Shown here: piece by piece, positions 25,523-34,623 of the stretch
How positions within the stretch are numbered: position 1 is the first letter of the stretch
Layout of the letters: each line of letters starts with the position of its first letter
From: an uncultured Gammaproteobacteria bacterium
Lineage (GTDB): Bacteria > Patescibacteriota > Patescibacteriia > UBA1558 > S5-K13
Length of the DNA stretch: 60,025 bases
Direction: 5' to 3'
NCBI GenBank assembly: GCA_964639335.1
Contig: CAZXCJ010000001.1
Location: 1-60,025 of the forward strand
The notes under the pieces: generated by a model
Databases searched by the model: none
The model's input: only the letters and a program-made list of their open reading frames with translations
Told to the model about the DNA's origin: nothing
Made by a program: the position numbers and the translations under genes

Positions 25523-26328
25523 CCGAAAGGTGGTCATCTTATACACCTCTACATACTAGACAAAGAAAGACAATGCATACAGCAGAAGAACAGAAAGCTA
25601 TTAAGCTGAGAAAACAACATATGCATTGGGGTAAAATGAAGTTATCTCCATTATATAAAAATATCTATCAAGAAAAGCTTTCTAGTTGGCAATTTCAAAG
25701 AATAATCCAAGATTACAAACTTTATCCTAAACCAGTTAAGAATGCTAGAACACAGGCTAAAAGACAAAGATCATTAAAAAAGAAAAGAATAACTGAATTA
25801 AAGAAGAAAAAACCAATATTAGGTTACTTATTACATTTTGATACCATAGTTATTTATTGGAATGGAATGAAAAGATATATTATTACTATGATAGATGAAT
25901 TTACTAAAATAGCTTTTGCTAGAATGTATAAAAATCATAGTTCTTATTCAGCTCAAGACTTTCTAAATAGAGTTGATTACTTATTAGATAATAAAATTAA
26001 TAATGTTCATTCAGATAATGGATCAGAATTTGGAAAATACTTTAAACAGCTTTGTAAACAATTAAAACTAACTCAATATTATTCTCGAACTAGAACACCT
26101 AAAGATAATCCTTCCATAGAAAGATTTAATAGAACTTTAAAGTATGAATGGTTATTTGATGGTAACTTTAATGAAGACATAGATGTATTTAATAATAATT
26201 TAAAAGACTTCTTAATTGAATATAATTTTGTTAGACCTCATCAAACATTAAACTATTTAACACCTATGCAATTTGCTGTAAAATACAAACAAGTGTCCGA
26301 AAGGTGGTCATCTTATACACGGGGTTGA
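25523..26328 (+). mobile_element. IS481-like (rve/DDE) element remnant bracketed by 24-bp direct repeats
   Basis: ccgaaaggtggtcatcttatacac at 25523-25546 and 26297-26320; I could not find terminal inverted repeats. Confidence 0.55.
25573..26328 (+). CDS. DDE (rve) transposase, IS481-family-like, lacking the N-terminal HTH region
   Basis: HFDT...MIDEFTK...HSDNGSEF...TRTPKDNPSIERFNRTLKYEW; only 251 aa. Confidence 0.8.
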   Translation: MHTAEEQKAIKLRKQHMHWGKMKLSPLYKNIYQEKLSSWQFQRIIQDYKLYPKPVKNARTQAKRQRSLKKKRITELKKKKPILGYLLHFDTIVIYWNGMKRYIITMIDEFTKIAFARMYKNHSSYSAQDFLNRVDYLLDNKINNVHSDNGSEFGKYFKQLCKQLKLTQYYSRTRTPKDNPSIERFNRTLKYEWLFDGNFNEDIDVFNNNLKDFLIEYNFVRPHQTLNYLTPMQFAVKYKQVSERWSSYTRG

Positions 26329-26352
26329 CAAATTCTGTCAGTATGCTATATT
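26325..26352 (+). promoter_or_regulatory. near-consensus outward promoter at the transposase 3' end
   Basis: ttgaca at 26325-26330, 16-nt spacer, tgc-tatatt (extended -10) at 26344-26352. Confidence 0.55.
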
Positions 26353-26358
26353 GAGTAG

Positions 26359-26501
26359 TTATTTTAAAAATCCCTATATTCCTGCATCCACGACAAGCAT
26401 GGGAATTGTCTGCGGAGGCTTGCTCTGGTCATCATTGTAAAATGATCTACTCGAGTAATCCTCGAGATAGTTTTCTTGGGTGCAGTAATGTGGGGGTTTT
26501 T
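26359..26501 (+). ncRNA. candidate structured small RNA of unknown class
   Basis: 8-bp closing helix 26382-26389/26478-26485; three internal hairpins, including atcatt-GTAA-aatgat and ctcgag-taatc-ctcgag; terminal aaaaatccc/gggggttttt. Confidence 0.4.
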
Positions 26502-26544
26502 CTTTAATTTCTAATTCCCAATTTTAAATTTTCAATTTGAATTT

Positions 26545-26646
26545 AACCCCTCACCTTTTAATTTGAAAATTTAATACCTTAATTTTACTATATAATCTTT
26601 TTAAAATAATTTTTTGATATTAGTTTACAAAAAAGGTGATGGGGTT
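26545..26646. repeat. long-range inverted arms aacccctcacctttt / aaaaggtgatggggtt (copy B)
   Basis: Arms at 26545-26559 and 26631-26646. The architecture and the extra T in the 3' arm are the same as at 2030-2132. Confidence 0.5.
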
Positions 26647-26919
26647 AATTTACAATAAACCAATTTTCAATATTTCTCGATTAAAAAACAATTTAGTAAG
26701 ACATTAATAATTGGTTATTGTTATATTGATTATTAAATGTAAATTGAAAATTTCAGATTGATAATTAATCTTGCTATTGACCTTACTTAATAAAAAGACT
26801 ATTATTCTATTAGACTAGTATATTGTATTTATACTAGTTTTTTTAAAAAATAAATTTAGTAAATAGTTTATAGTTTAAATAAACCATTAACTACAAACTA
26901 CTAACTACCAACTAACCTT

Positions 26920-28308
26920 ATGTTTCAAAATATAGAAGAAATTAAACAGGCTATCCAAGTAATTTGCGAAGAAAAAAATATCTCCGTAGATTCTGTAATT
27001 GAAAGCATTGAAGCTGCTCTGGCCGCGGCCTATCGCAAGGATTTTGGTAATAAACTGCAAAACATCCAAATTAAATTTGATTTGGAAACTGGAGATATTA
27101 AGGTCTGGGATGAAAAAATTGTAGTAGAGGACAGAGATTTAGAAAAAGAGGCCGAAGAATATCAGGAAATTAAAGACAATTTAAAAGAGGGAGAAGAAAT
27201 GCCAGAGGATTTTATTAAATTTAACCCTAAAACCGAAATTATGCTTTCCGAAGCAAAAGAAGTTAAGAAAAAAGCCAAATTAGAAGACATTATTAAAATA
27301 GATTTAGAAATTCCTAGCGATTTTGGAAGAATTGCCGCCCAAACAGCCAAACAAGTTATTATCCAAAGAATTAGAGAAGCTGAAAGAGAGACTATTTTCA
27401 GTGAATTTAAGAAAAAAGAAGGTGAAGTTATTAATACAATTGTACAAAGACGCGAAGGTCCAAATGTTATTGTTGATTTAAATAAGGCCCTGGGTATTAT
27501 CCCTCCAGAAGAACAAGTTCGTAATGATCACTATACCCCCGGAGCTAGATTAAGAGTATTAATCTTAAAAGCCGAAGAAACTAATAAGGGCCCAAAAATA
27601 ATTGTCTCTCGAGCTCATCCCGAAGTAGTTAATAAAATATTCAATCTAGAAGTTCCTGAAATCGCCAGCGGAGTTGTAGAAATCAAAGCCATAGCTCGCG
27701 ATCCTGGAGCCAGAACAAAAATTGCTGTTCATAGTAAAGAAGAAAATATTGATCCTATTGGTTCTTGCGTTGGCCAAAAGGGCTCCCGTGTTCAAACCAT
27801 TATTAATGAATTGGGTGGGGAAAAGATAGATATTATTCAGTGGGATAAAGAGCCAACCAATTTTATTAAAAATTCTCTATCTCCAGCTAAAATTTCTAAC
27901 ATTGAAATAAATAAAAAAGAAAATTCCGCCATTGTACAAGTTGAGGAAGATCAAATGTCTTTGGCTATTGGCCGCGGTGGTCAAAATGTAAAATTAGCTG
28001 CTAAATTAACTGGTTGGAAAATAGATATTGAAGGAGCAGAAAACTTTTTAGACAAAAAAGATGTTGAAAAACCTAAAGATTCGTCCGCTAAATTCTCAAC
28101 AAAGTCGGAAGCAAAAGACCAGGAAACTAAAAAAGAAAAAAGCAAAAAATCTAAGAAGCCCAAAACTAAAAAACTAGAAAATAAGGAAATAGAAGTTCAA
28201 AAAGTCAAAGAAGAAAAGACAGAAAAACAAGAGGACAAAGAGATAGAAAAAAAGATAGAAGAAAAATCAAAAAACTCCAAAAAACCCAGAACTAAAAATT
28301 CCAAATAA
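26920..28308 (+). CDS. nusA: transcription termination/antitermination factor NusA with a Lys-rich C-terminal tail
   Basis: NusA N-domain, S1 and KH1/KH2 (GSCVGQKGSRVQ, GRGGQNVKLA); the last 90 aa or so are K/E-rich low complexity. Confidence 0.92.
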   Translation: MFQNIEEIKQAIQVICEEKNISVDSVIESIEAALAAAYRKDFGNKLQNIQIKFDLETGDIKVWDEKIVVEDRDLEKEAEEYQEIKDNLKEGEEMPEDFIKFNPKTEIMLSEAKEVKKKAKLEDIIKIDLEIPSDFGRIAAQTAKQVIIQRIREAERETIFSEFKKKEGEVINTIVQRREGPNVIVDLNKALGIIPPEEQVRNDHYTPGARLRVLILKAEETNKGPKIIVSRAHPEVVNKIFNLEVPEIASGVVEIKAIARDPGARTKIAVHSKEENIDPIGSCVGQKGSRVQTIINELGGEKIDIIQWDKEPTNFIKNSLSPAKISNIEINKKENSAIVQVEEDQMSLAIGRGGQNVKLAAKLTGWKIDIEGAENFLDKKDVEKPKDSSAKFSTKSEAKDQETKKEKSKKSKKPKTKKLENKEIEVQKVKEEKTEKQEDKEIEKKIEEKSKNSKKPRTKNSK

Positions 28309-28433
28309 TAAAATATAAACCAACCCCCACCATCTCCCCCTTAGTAAGGGAGAGAGGGGGGGATAAAATTGGAAGCGAGAGTTAAAAATGCCAACTTTTA
28401 CCTTTTAACTTTTGCCTTTCAACTAAAAAACCT

Positions 28434-30428
28434 ATGAGTCAAACAATAATCTTTGCCTTGGGGGCCTCTTTAGTGGCTATTTTTTACAGCTTAATTGTTG
28501 GAAAAAGCATCTCTAAAAAAGATGCCGGAGATGAAAAAATTAAAAAGATAGCTCAAGCTATCCACGAAGGTGCCATGGCCTTTTTAAATAAAGAATATAA
28601 GGTCTTGCTAATTTTTGTTGTTGTTATTGCTGTTTTATTAGGAATCGGCATGGGAGAATGGAAAGCTGGCTTGGCCTTTATCACTGGTGCTATATTTTCA
28701 GCACTAGCTGGCAATATTGGTATGCGTATTGCCACTAAGGCCAATTCTCGCACAGCTGTAGCCTGTCGAAGTGGCATTAATCCTGGTTTAAAAATAGCTT
28801 TTTCTTCTGGAACCGTAATGGGCTTAGGCGTAGTTGGCTTCGGACTTTTAGGAATTTCTTTAATGTTTTTAATGGCTGGCAGCACTATCACTCAAAGTGC
28901 TACTAACATTATGTATAGTTTTGGTTTTGGAGCTTCCTTGATTGCTCTTTTTGCTAGAGTAGGCGGTGGTATTTATACTAAAGCCGCTGATGTTGGGGCT
29001 GACTTGGTTGGCAAAATAGAAAAAAACATTCCTGAAGATGATCCTCGCAATCCAGCTACTATAGCTGATAATGTTGGTGATAATGTTGGTGATGTAGCTG
29101 GTATGGGAGCTGATCTTTTTGAATCTTATGTGCAATCAATTATCGCCGCTATGATTATTGGCGCCGCGGCCTTTAAAACTGGAAGTGGAATAACCCTCCC
29201 GTTGCTCTTAGCTGGCGCTGGGATATTTTCTGCTATTTTAGGAACATTATTTGTAAAAACTAATGATGAAAAAAAGATCCACAGTGCTTTAAATAGAGGT
29301 ATTTTTGGAGCTGCAACTTTAATGACTATAATTTCTTATTTTATAATCACTCGTACTGGAAATGACATAAAAATATTTTATGCCATGTTAATTGGTTTAG
29401 CTGGCGGAATCATTATTGGCTTAGCTACCGAATATTTTACTTCTGGCAGTAAAAAACCTGTCCAAAGCATTGCTCAAGCCTCTAAAACTGGGGCCGCTAC
29501 AAATATTATTCAGGGCTTATCTATAGGAATGATATCAACCATTATTCCTGTTTTAGTAATTTCCTTAGCTATTGTTTTTGCCCATCAATTAATGGGTTTA
29601 TATGGTATTGCTATTGCCGCTGTAGGTATGCTTTCTACTTTAGGAATTACCTTAGCTACTGACTCTTATGGTCCAGTGGCTGATAATGCCGCTGGTATCG
29701 CAGAAATGGCTGGCATGGGACAAGATGTTCGTGAAAGAGCTGAAAACTTAGATGCTGTTGGAAATACTACTGCTGCCATTGGCAAAGGTTTTGCTATTGG
29801 TTCGGCTGGCTTAACTGCTCTAGCTTTATTTTCTAGCTTTACTCAAATATTAAAACAAAACGGCTTAAGCAGTGTTATTGATATTACAGAACCAACTATT
29901 ATTGTGGGGTTATTTATTGGTGGATTACTCCCTTTTGTATTTTCGGCTTTAACCATGAGTGCTGTAGGCAAAGCTGCTTTTAAAATGGTGGAGGAAGTCC
30001 GCCGCCAATTTAAAGAAATCCCGGGAATTATGGAAGGCACTGCTCAAGCTGACCATGAAAAATGTATTGCTATCTCCACTAATTCAGCTTTGAAAGAAAT
30101 GATTATTCCTTCTTTATTAGCTATTATAATTCCTATTTTAGTCGGCCTTTTATTGGGCGTCCGGGCCTTAGGTGGTTTAATCGCTGGCTCTACGGTCTGT
30201 GGATTTTTAATGGCCGTATTTATGTCTAATGCTGGCGGAGCCTGGGACAACGCTAAAAAATATATTGAAGCCGGGCATTTGGGTGGTAAGGGTAGTGATG
30301 CTCATAAAGCTGCTGTTACTGGCGACACTGTCGGCGATCCATTTAAAGATACTTCTGGTCCTTCCTTAAATATCTTAATCAAGCTTATTTCCATTGTTTC
30401 ATTGATTTTTGTAATGATTTTTATATAA
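28434..30428 (+). CDS. hppA: membrane-bound cation-translocating pyrophosphatase
   Basis: [50 protein letters not shown]. Confidence 0.95.
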   Translation: MSQTIIFALGASLVAIFYSLIVGKSISKKDAGDEKIKKIAQAIHEGAMAFLNKEYKVLLIFVVVIAVLLGIGMGEWKAGLAFITGAIFSALAGNIGMRIATKANSRTAVACRSGINPGLKIAFSSGTVMGLGVVGFGLLGISLMFLMAGSTITQSATNIMYSFGFGASLIALFARVGGGIYTKAADVGADLVGKIEKNIPEDDPRNPATIADNVGDNVGDVAGMGADLFESYVQSIIAAMIIGAAAFKTGSGITLPLLLAGAGIFSAILGTLFVKTNDEKKIHSALNRGIFGAATLMTIISYFIITRTGNDIKIFYAMLIGLAGGIIIGLATEYFTSGSKKPVQSIAQASKTGAATNIIQGLSIGMISTIIPVLVISLAIVFAHQLMGLYGIAIAAVGMLSTLGITLATDSYGPVADNAAGIAEMAGMGQDVRERAENLDAVGNTTAAIGKGFAIGSAGLTALALFSSFTQILKQNGLSSVIDITEPTIIVGLFIGGLLPFVFSALTMSAVGKAAFKMVEEVRRQFKEIPGIMEGTAQADHEKCIAISTNSALKEMIIPSLLAIIIPILVGLLLGVRALGGLIAGSTVCGFLMAVFMSNAGGAWDNAKKYIEAGHLGGKGSDAHKAAVTGDTVGDPFKDTSGPSLNILIKLISIVSLIFVMIFI

Positions 30429-30448
30429 TATAAAACAGTTTATTTTAA

Positions 30449-30474
30449 AAACCTCGTTAATTAACGGGGTTTTA
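30449..30474 (+). terminator. intrinsic terminator after hppA
   Basis: cctcgtt...aacgggg stem followed by tttt. Confidence 0.55.
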
Positions 30475-30485
30475 GTTTCTTAGTA

Positions 30486-30514
30486 TTGACAAAATTGACA
30501 GGATAATTTATATT
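30486..30514 (+). promoter_or_regulatory. sigma70-type promoter (TTGACA-17-TATATT)
   Basis: ttgaca at 30486-30491 and tatatt at 30509-30514; aggagga RBS before the ATG at 30544. Confidence 0.55.
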
Positions 30515-30543
30515 TAGATATTATTAAAAAATCAGGAGGATAT

Positions 30544-30834
30544 ATGCCAAACGGAAAAAAATGGCCAACCATTCTACAGGACCTAAACAAAGGAGATGGG
30601 GTCAAAATAAGTTTCTCTTTTCAGGGCAGAAAAAAAATTACTGGAATTGTCTCTACTATTAAAAAAGTCGCTAATGCTATTTTCGTAAACATTGTTGACC
30701 TCGAAAAAACGTATAAGACCTTTTCAAAAAAACCTTTCAAATATGCATTAGCCATATATAATGAAAGGACTGTCTATTTGACAGTTGATGACGGAGGTAT
30801 TAGGGAGGTACGTTTTAAAATAAAAAAAGCATAG
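30544..30834 (+). CDS. hypothetical protein
   Basis: ORF with a strong RBS and its own promoter and terminator. Confidence 0.5.
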   Translation: MPNGKKWPTILQDLNKGDGVKISFSFQGRKKITGIVSTIKKVANAIFVNIVDLEKTYKTFSKKPFKYALAIYNERTVYLTVDDGGIREVRFKIKKA

Positions 30835-30980
30835 AATATCAATCAAGGAATTTAAACTACTAGCGGTTAGCGGTTTGAATTCCTTTTTTTATTATATTTA
30901 ATACGAAAAAAGTCCCGATATAAATATCAGGACTTCTAAATTAAGAAAATTAGGACTCTCCTCTAGAAATAAATAAATTA

Positions 30981-31364
30981 TTAATTTGCTAATAATTCAT
31001 CATTTATTTTTAAAACCTCCTTTAAAGAAACCCAGGGGAATTTTACTATAATGTATAAAATTGCTACCACAGTTACTATAACAGCAAGTTTTTCTAAATG
31101 AAAAATGTACATCAGCAAACCTAACACTAATACTACCGAAATTTTAATAAAAAGGGTGAACAAAACTAATTCATTTACATAGCTCCAAATTCGAACTGCT
31201 ATCCCCAGAAAAAAGATCGGTTTGCCTTGTTCTTTTCTCAGCTTGTCTATATCATCACGAACCTTTAAAGAAGCGAAAATCATTATTCCACCCATAAATA
31301 AAAATAGGACGAAACATTGGGCAAAATATTTAACTACCATATTCATTGTCATACGATCCTCCAT
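30981..31364 (-). CDS. small membrane protein
   Basis: Four TM helices; terminator hairpin at 30912-30935. Confidence 0.45.
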   Translation of the reverse strand: MEDRMTMNMVVKYFAQCFVLFLFMGGIMIFASLKVRDDIDKLRKEQGKPIFFLGIAVRIWSYVNELVLFTLFIKISVVLVLGLLMYIFHLEKLAVIVTVVAILYIIVKFPWVSLKEVLKINDELLAN

Positions 31365-31599
31365 CGGATTTATTTGATATATAAATATTAACCTTATAAA
31401 TTAAAAAACGCAAGGTCTCTATTCTTCTTCACCATTAATCCAAATTTAAAAACCTAAAACCTAAAACCTAACAAGCTAACTGCTAATAAGCTAATTCATT
31501 TGACTTCTGCTTAACAAAACCCTAAAATAGAGCTAATATAATAATAGAATTTTAAATTTTAAATTTTAAAAGAAAAATTAATTAATTAATTTTAAAGTT

Positions 31600-31959
31600 A
31601 TGAAAAGCGATTTTAAACCTATCTATGATTTGGAGGATAGAACATGTAAATTCGGCGAGGAAATTATCTTATTTTGCAAAGAATTAAAACCAGATTTAAT
31701 CAATAAACCGATTATCAATCAAATAATCCGCTCTGGAACAAGTGTAGGAGCAAATTATTTAGAGGCTAATGGAGCTTCTTCAAAAAAAGATTTTAGAAAC
31801 AAAATACACTTTTGTAAAAAAGAAATCCAGGAGACAAAACATTGGCTAAAGATGATGGCGAGATGTAACCCTGAAAAAAAATTCACTATCCAAAAAATTT
31901 GGCAAGAAGCCCATGAATTAACTTTAATCTTCGGCAAAATAGCCTCTTCATCAAAATAA
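31600..31959 (+). CDS. four-helix-bundle protein (23S rRNA IVS protein / Avd-like family)
   Basis: IRSGTSVGANYLEANGASSKKDFRNKIHFCKKEIQETKHWL. Confidence 0.75.
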   Translation: MKSDFKPIYDLEDRTCKFGEEIILFCKELKPDLINKPIINQIIRSGTSVGANYLEANGASSKKDFRNKIHFCKKEIQETKHWLKMMARCNPEKKFTIQKIWQEAHELTLIFGKIASSSK

Positions 31960-32000
31960 TAATTTAATATCTAATTTATTTTAAAATTAATAATAAACCT

Positions 32001-32405
32001 ATGTTTAAAAATGAGGGTCCAAAAAACATTAAAGACACTGAAACCATTATTGGTGAATCGGTGGTAGTGGAGGGTGATTTTAATGGTAATGGCAATATTG
32101 TTATTGAAGGAAAATTAAATGGAAATCTATCAACTGATGGTCATATTTTGATTGGTGAAAAAGCAGAGATTAATGCTGATGTTAAGGCTGGCAGTGCCTT
32201 TGTTTCTGGTCAAATAAAGGGCAATGTTAAAATTAATAATTCTCTAGATATTGCTAAAACCGCTAAAATAACTGGCGATATTGAAGCCAGTTCAATTGCT
32301 ATGGAAGCTGGTTGTAAAGTAAATGGTTGTGTTAAAATGAATGGTTCTGAAAAATTTGAAAAAAAAGACATTTCTGCAAAAGAAGATAATGAATCAGAAA
32401 TATAA
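32001..32405 (+). CDS. bactofilin-family polymer-forming protein
   Basis: Beta-helical repeats GDFNGNGNIVIEGKLNGNL...GQIKGNVKINNSLDI. Confidence 0.75.
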   Translation: MFKNEGPKNIKDTETIIGESVVVEGDFNGNGNIVIEGKLNGNLSTDGHILIGEKAEINADVKAGSAFVSGQIKGNVKINNSLDIAKTAKITGDIEASSIAMEAGCKVNGCVKMNGSEKFEKKDISAKEDNESEI

Positions 32406-32495
32406 AAATTTTTCCCTGCTTGTAACTTGAAACTTGTCCCGCGAAGCAGGCAACAATTATATTATAAATAGAGGCGGGATAACTTTAAACTATTT

Positions 32496-33236
32496 ATGTA
32501 TCTCTATATATATGATTCTTGTTTAAAAGATAAAAAATACAAGAATTTAATCAACAAAATTGAGAATAAAATTATTGACCTGGATATTAAGGGCAAGGAT
32601 TTGCATTTGAATTTATTAAAAAATGTTGGTGATTTTATAGACCGAGAAATAAAACAAGGAGCTCATACTGTAGTAATTATTGGTGATGATAATACTTTTA
32701 GCCAGGCCTTAAATAATATTATCTCTAAAGATATTGTTATAGGTTTTATCCCCACAGATGCTAAAAGCGTTTTTGCTCAAATTTTTGGCATTCCTTATGG
32801 TGAATTGGCTTGTGACGTATTGAGTGGACGAATTATTAAAAAAATAGATGTGGGTAAAATCAACCAAAAATATTTTTTGCATTCCGTGCAAATAGAAAAT
32901 GCTGATAATGTGATTATAAAAATAGACAATTTTGAAATTAAAACCACTGCTAATAATAAAATTATCATTAAAAATTTTGACCAGAAAAATTTACTTGGCA
33001 ATCATATTTCTAATCCTACTGATGGAATTTTAGAAATGTATATTGAAAAACCCGGCAAACTATTTACCAAAAGCTCTCAACACAGCTTATTTGTAACCAA
33101 AGAAGTAAATATTACTTCTAAAAATGACTCCGTGCCTTTATTATTAGATAATTACCAAAAAATCAATACTCCAGCTAAAATTAGTGTAATAAAAGAAAAA
33201 CTCCAAATGATTGTTGGTTCTAATCGACAATTTTAA
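32496..33236 (+). CDS. diacylglycerol-kinase-catalytic-domain-like (YegS/NAD-kinase fold) protein
   Basis: HTVVIIGDDNTFSQALNNI replaces the usual GGDGT. Confidence 0.45.
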   Translation: MYLYIYDSCLKDKKYKNLINKIENKIIDLDIKGKDLHLNLLKNVGDFIDREIKQGAHTVVIIGDDNTFSQALNNIISKDIVIGFIPTDAKSVFAQIFGIPYGELACDVLSGRIIKKIDVGKINQKYFLHSVQIENADNVIIKIDNFEIKTTANNKIIIKNFDQKNLLGNHISNPTDGILEMYIEKPGKLFTKSSQHSLFVTKEVNITSKNDSVPLLLDNYQKINTPAKISVIKEKLQMIVGSNRQF

Positions 33237-33308
33237 ATGTTTTATATTAATAAGTTCGTATATAAGGAGTTAGGCGAAATTTTATTTTTCTTACGCTAAT
33301 CTAAAAAT

Positions 33309-34058
33309 ATGACGAGAGACGAAATAACCAATCATTTGGCTGATAAATTTAAAAATAATTCTTTTGTGTTTGCTTTTTGGCTTGAAGGTGCAGACGTTCA
33401 TAACAGAGTCGATGAATATTCTGATATTGATATATGGATCGACGTTGAAGATAATCATGAATCAGAAATATTAAACGAAATTGAAGTTATTTTGTCAGAA
33501 CTTGGGAAAATAGACTTTACTCATGAAATAAATCATTCTCATCCAAAAATAAGACAAAAGTTTTTTCATCTTGAAGGAACTTCGGAATTTCTAATAATCG
33601 ATATTTGTTTACAAAGTCATTCGAGAATTTTTTGGTATAGAGAAGGATTCCAAGACGAAAAAGCAAAAATCATTTTTGATAAAAGTAATGTTATCCAATA
33701 CAAGCAAGTTAACCAACAAGAATTCGACGAGGAAATTTCAACAAGAATCAAAGAATTGAAAAAAACTTTTCTTTTCTTTCAAGCTTGGGTCAAAAAATCA
33801 ATAAATCGTAATAATTTCCTTGAAGCACTTGGCTCATATCATGAAAAGGTTTTACAACCTCTTGTTGAAATTCTAAGAATAAAGCATCAACCAACCAAAA
33901 ATGATTTTTACCTCAAAGACATCTCGAAAGATATACCAAAAAAACTTTTGTCAGAGTTGGAAGATTTATACAAAATAACTTCAATTGAGGATATAAAAAC
34001 GAAGAGCCAGAAAGCAAAAGAATTATTTTTTAGCGTTGTCGAAAATACCGAAAAATAA
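33309..34058 (+). CDS. nucleotidyltransferase-domain protein (ANT-like)
   Basis: GADVHNRVDEYSDIDIWIDVED (G-x-n-DxD). Confidence 0.5.
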   Translation: MTRDEITNHLADKFKNNSFVFAFWLEGADVHNRVDEYSDIDIWIDVEDNHESEILNEIEVILSELGKIDFTHEINHSHPKIRQKFFHLEGTSEFLIIDICLQSHSRIFWYREGFQDEKAKIIFDKSNVIQYKQVNQQEFDEEISTRIKELKKTFLFFQAWVKKSINRNNFLEALGSYHEKVLQPLVEILRIKHQPTKNDFYLKDISKDIPKKLLSELEDLYKITSIEDIKTKSQKAKELFFSVVENTEK

Positions 34059-34239
34059 AACATCGCATAACAGCACGTATCTGGTTCGGCAGATTGGACG
34101 CAATTTGATTCAAAAGGAATGTCAAATCTACCTCTCCCAAATTTCGCAAAAAACTATTAGATTCTAAAAGAAATTTTTGCGAAACTTCAGATACACGCGA
34201 ACGTTATGTGAAATATTTATTTTTCCAATCAATAAAAAC

Positions 34240-34575
34240 ATGGACTATTTTCAAAAATTAAAAGCAATTGCTAAAGGGTTAAATAAAAAATATCCCAATG
34301 GAAATAAACCATTTCAAATTATTACCCGGCTATCTGAAGAAACCGGTGAATTAGCAAAGGAAGTAAATCATTTTGAAAAAACTGGAAAAAAAATAGAAAA
34401 ATATGGTCCACCTGATAAAAATAATTTGGCAAAAGAAGTGCAAGATATTTTTCGTTCAGCTTGGCATGTTGCTTTATATTACAATATTGAAAAAGAATTA
34501 CTAAATTCAATAGACAAGCGCTTTAAAAAATTAAAAAAGGACAGCTACATTAAGGACAAAAATTTAAAAAAATAA
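34240..34575 (+). CDS. MazG-like nucleotide pyrophosphohydrolase
   Basis: LSEETGELAKEVN...AKEVQDIFRSAWHVA; start placed at the Met at 34240. Confidence 0.65.
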   Translation: MDYFQKLKAIAKGLNKKYPNGNKPFQIITRLSEETGELAKEVNHFEKTGKKIEKYGPPDKNNLAKEVQDIFRSAWHVALYYNIEKELLNSIDKRFKKLKKDSYIKDKNLKK

Positions 34576-34594
34576 ATCTGACATATCACATACC

Positions 34595-34623
34595 AAAAAA
34601 CCACTCAGTAAAACTGGGTGGTT
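34595..34623 (-). terminator. minus-strand intrinsic terminator
   Basis: rc reads aaccacccag-tttta-ctgagtggtt-tttttt. Confidence 0.55.

Noticed and set aside
25333-25609. Two overlapping short ORFs upstream of the transposase, considered as its missing N-terminus
   Set aside because: Neither translation resembles an HTH domain. The region contains a clear bidirectional terminator and looks non-coding.
26359-26501. Possible SRP RNA, 6S RNA, tmRNA or riboswitch
   Set aside because: I could not find the SRP helix-8 GGAA/AGCA signature, a 6S central bubble architecture, tmRNA ends or any familiar riboswitch core. It is kept only as an unclassified RNA candidate.
28553-30250. Four antisense ORFs inside hppA (28553-28891, 28869-29135, 29843-30040, 30044-30250)
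   Set aside because: These are shadow ORFs on the opposite strand of a strongly conserved gene. The same reasoning applies to 44464-44754 (rpoB), 10237-10452, 10736-10954, 27162-27350, 27981-28163, 41308-41493, 53987-54302, 55847-56068 and 57785-57994.
31448-31470. Telomere-like heptamer aaaccta repeated three times
   Set aside because: It is only three units in an intergenic low-complexity spacer. Many spacers here are made of similar short quasi-repeats, for example 7290-7340, 13600-13640, 36070-36120 and 40265-40310.
31600-31959. Diversity-generating retroelement, because of the Avd-like protein
   Set aside because: No reverse transcriptase ORF and no template/variable repeat pair are detectable anywhere in the window.
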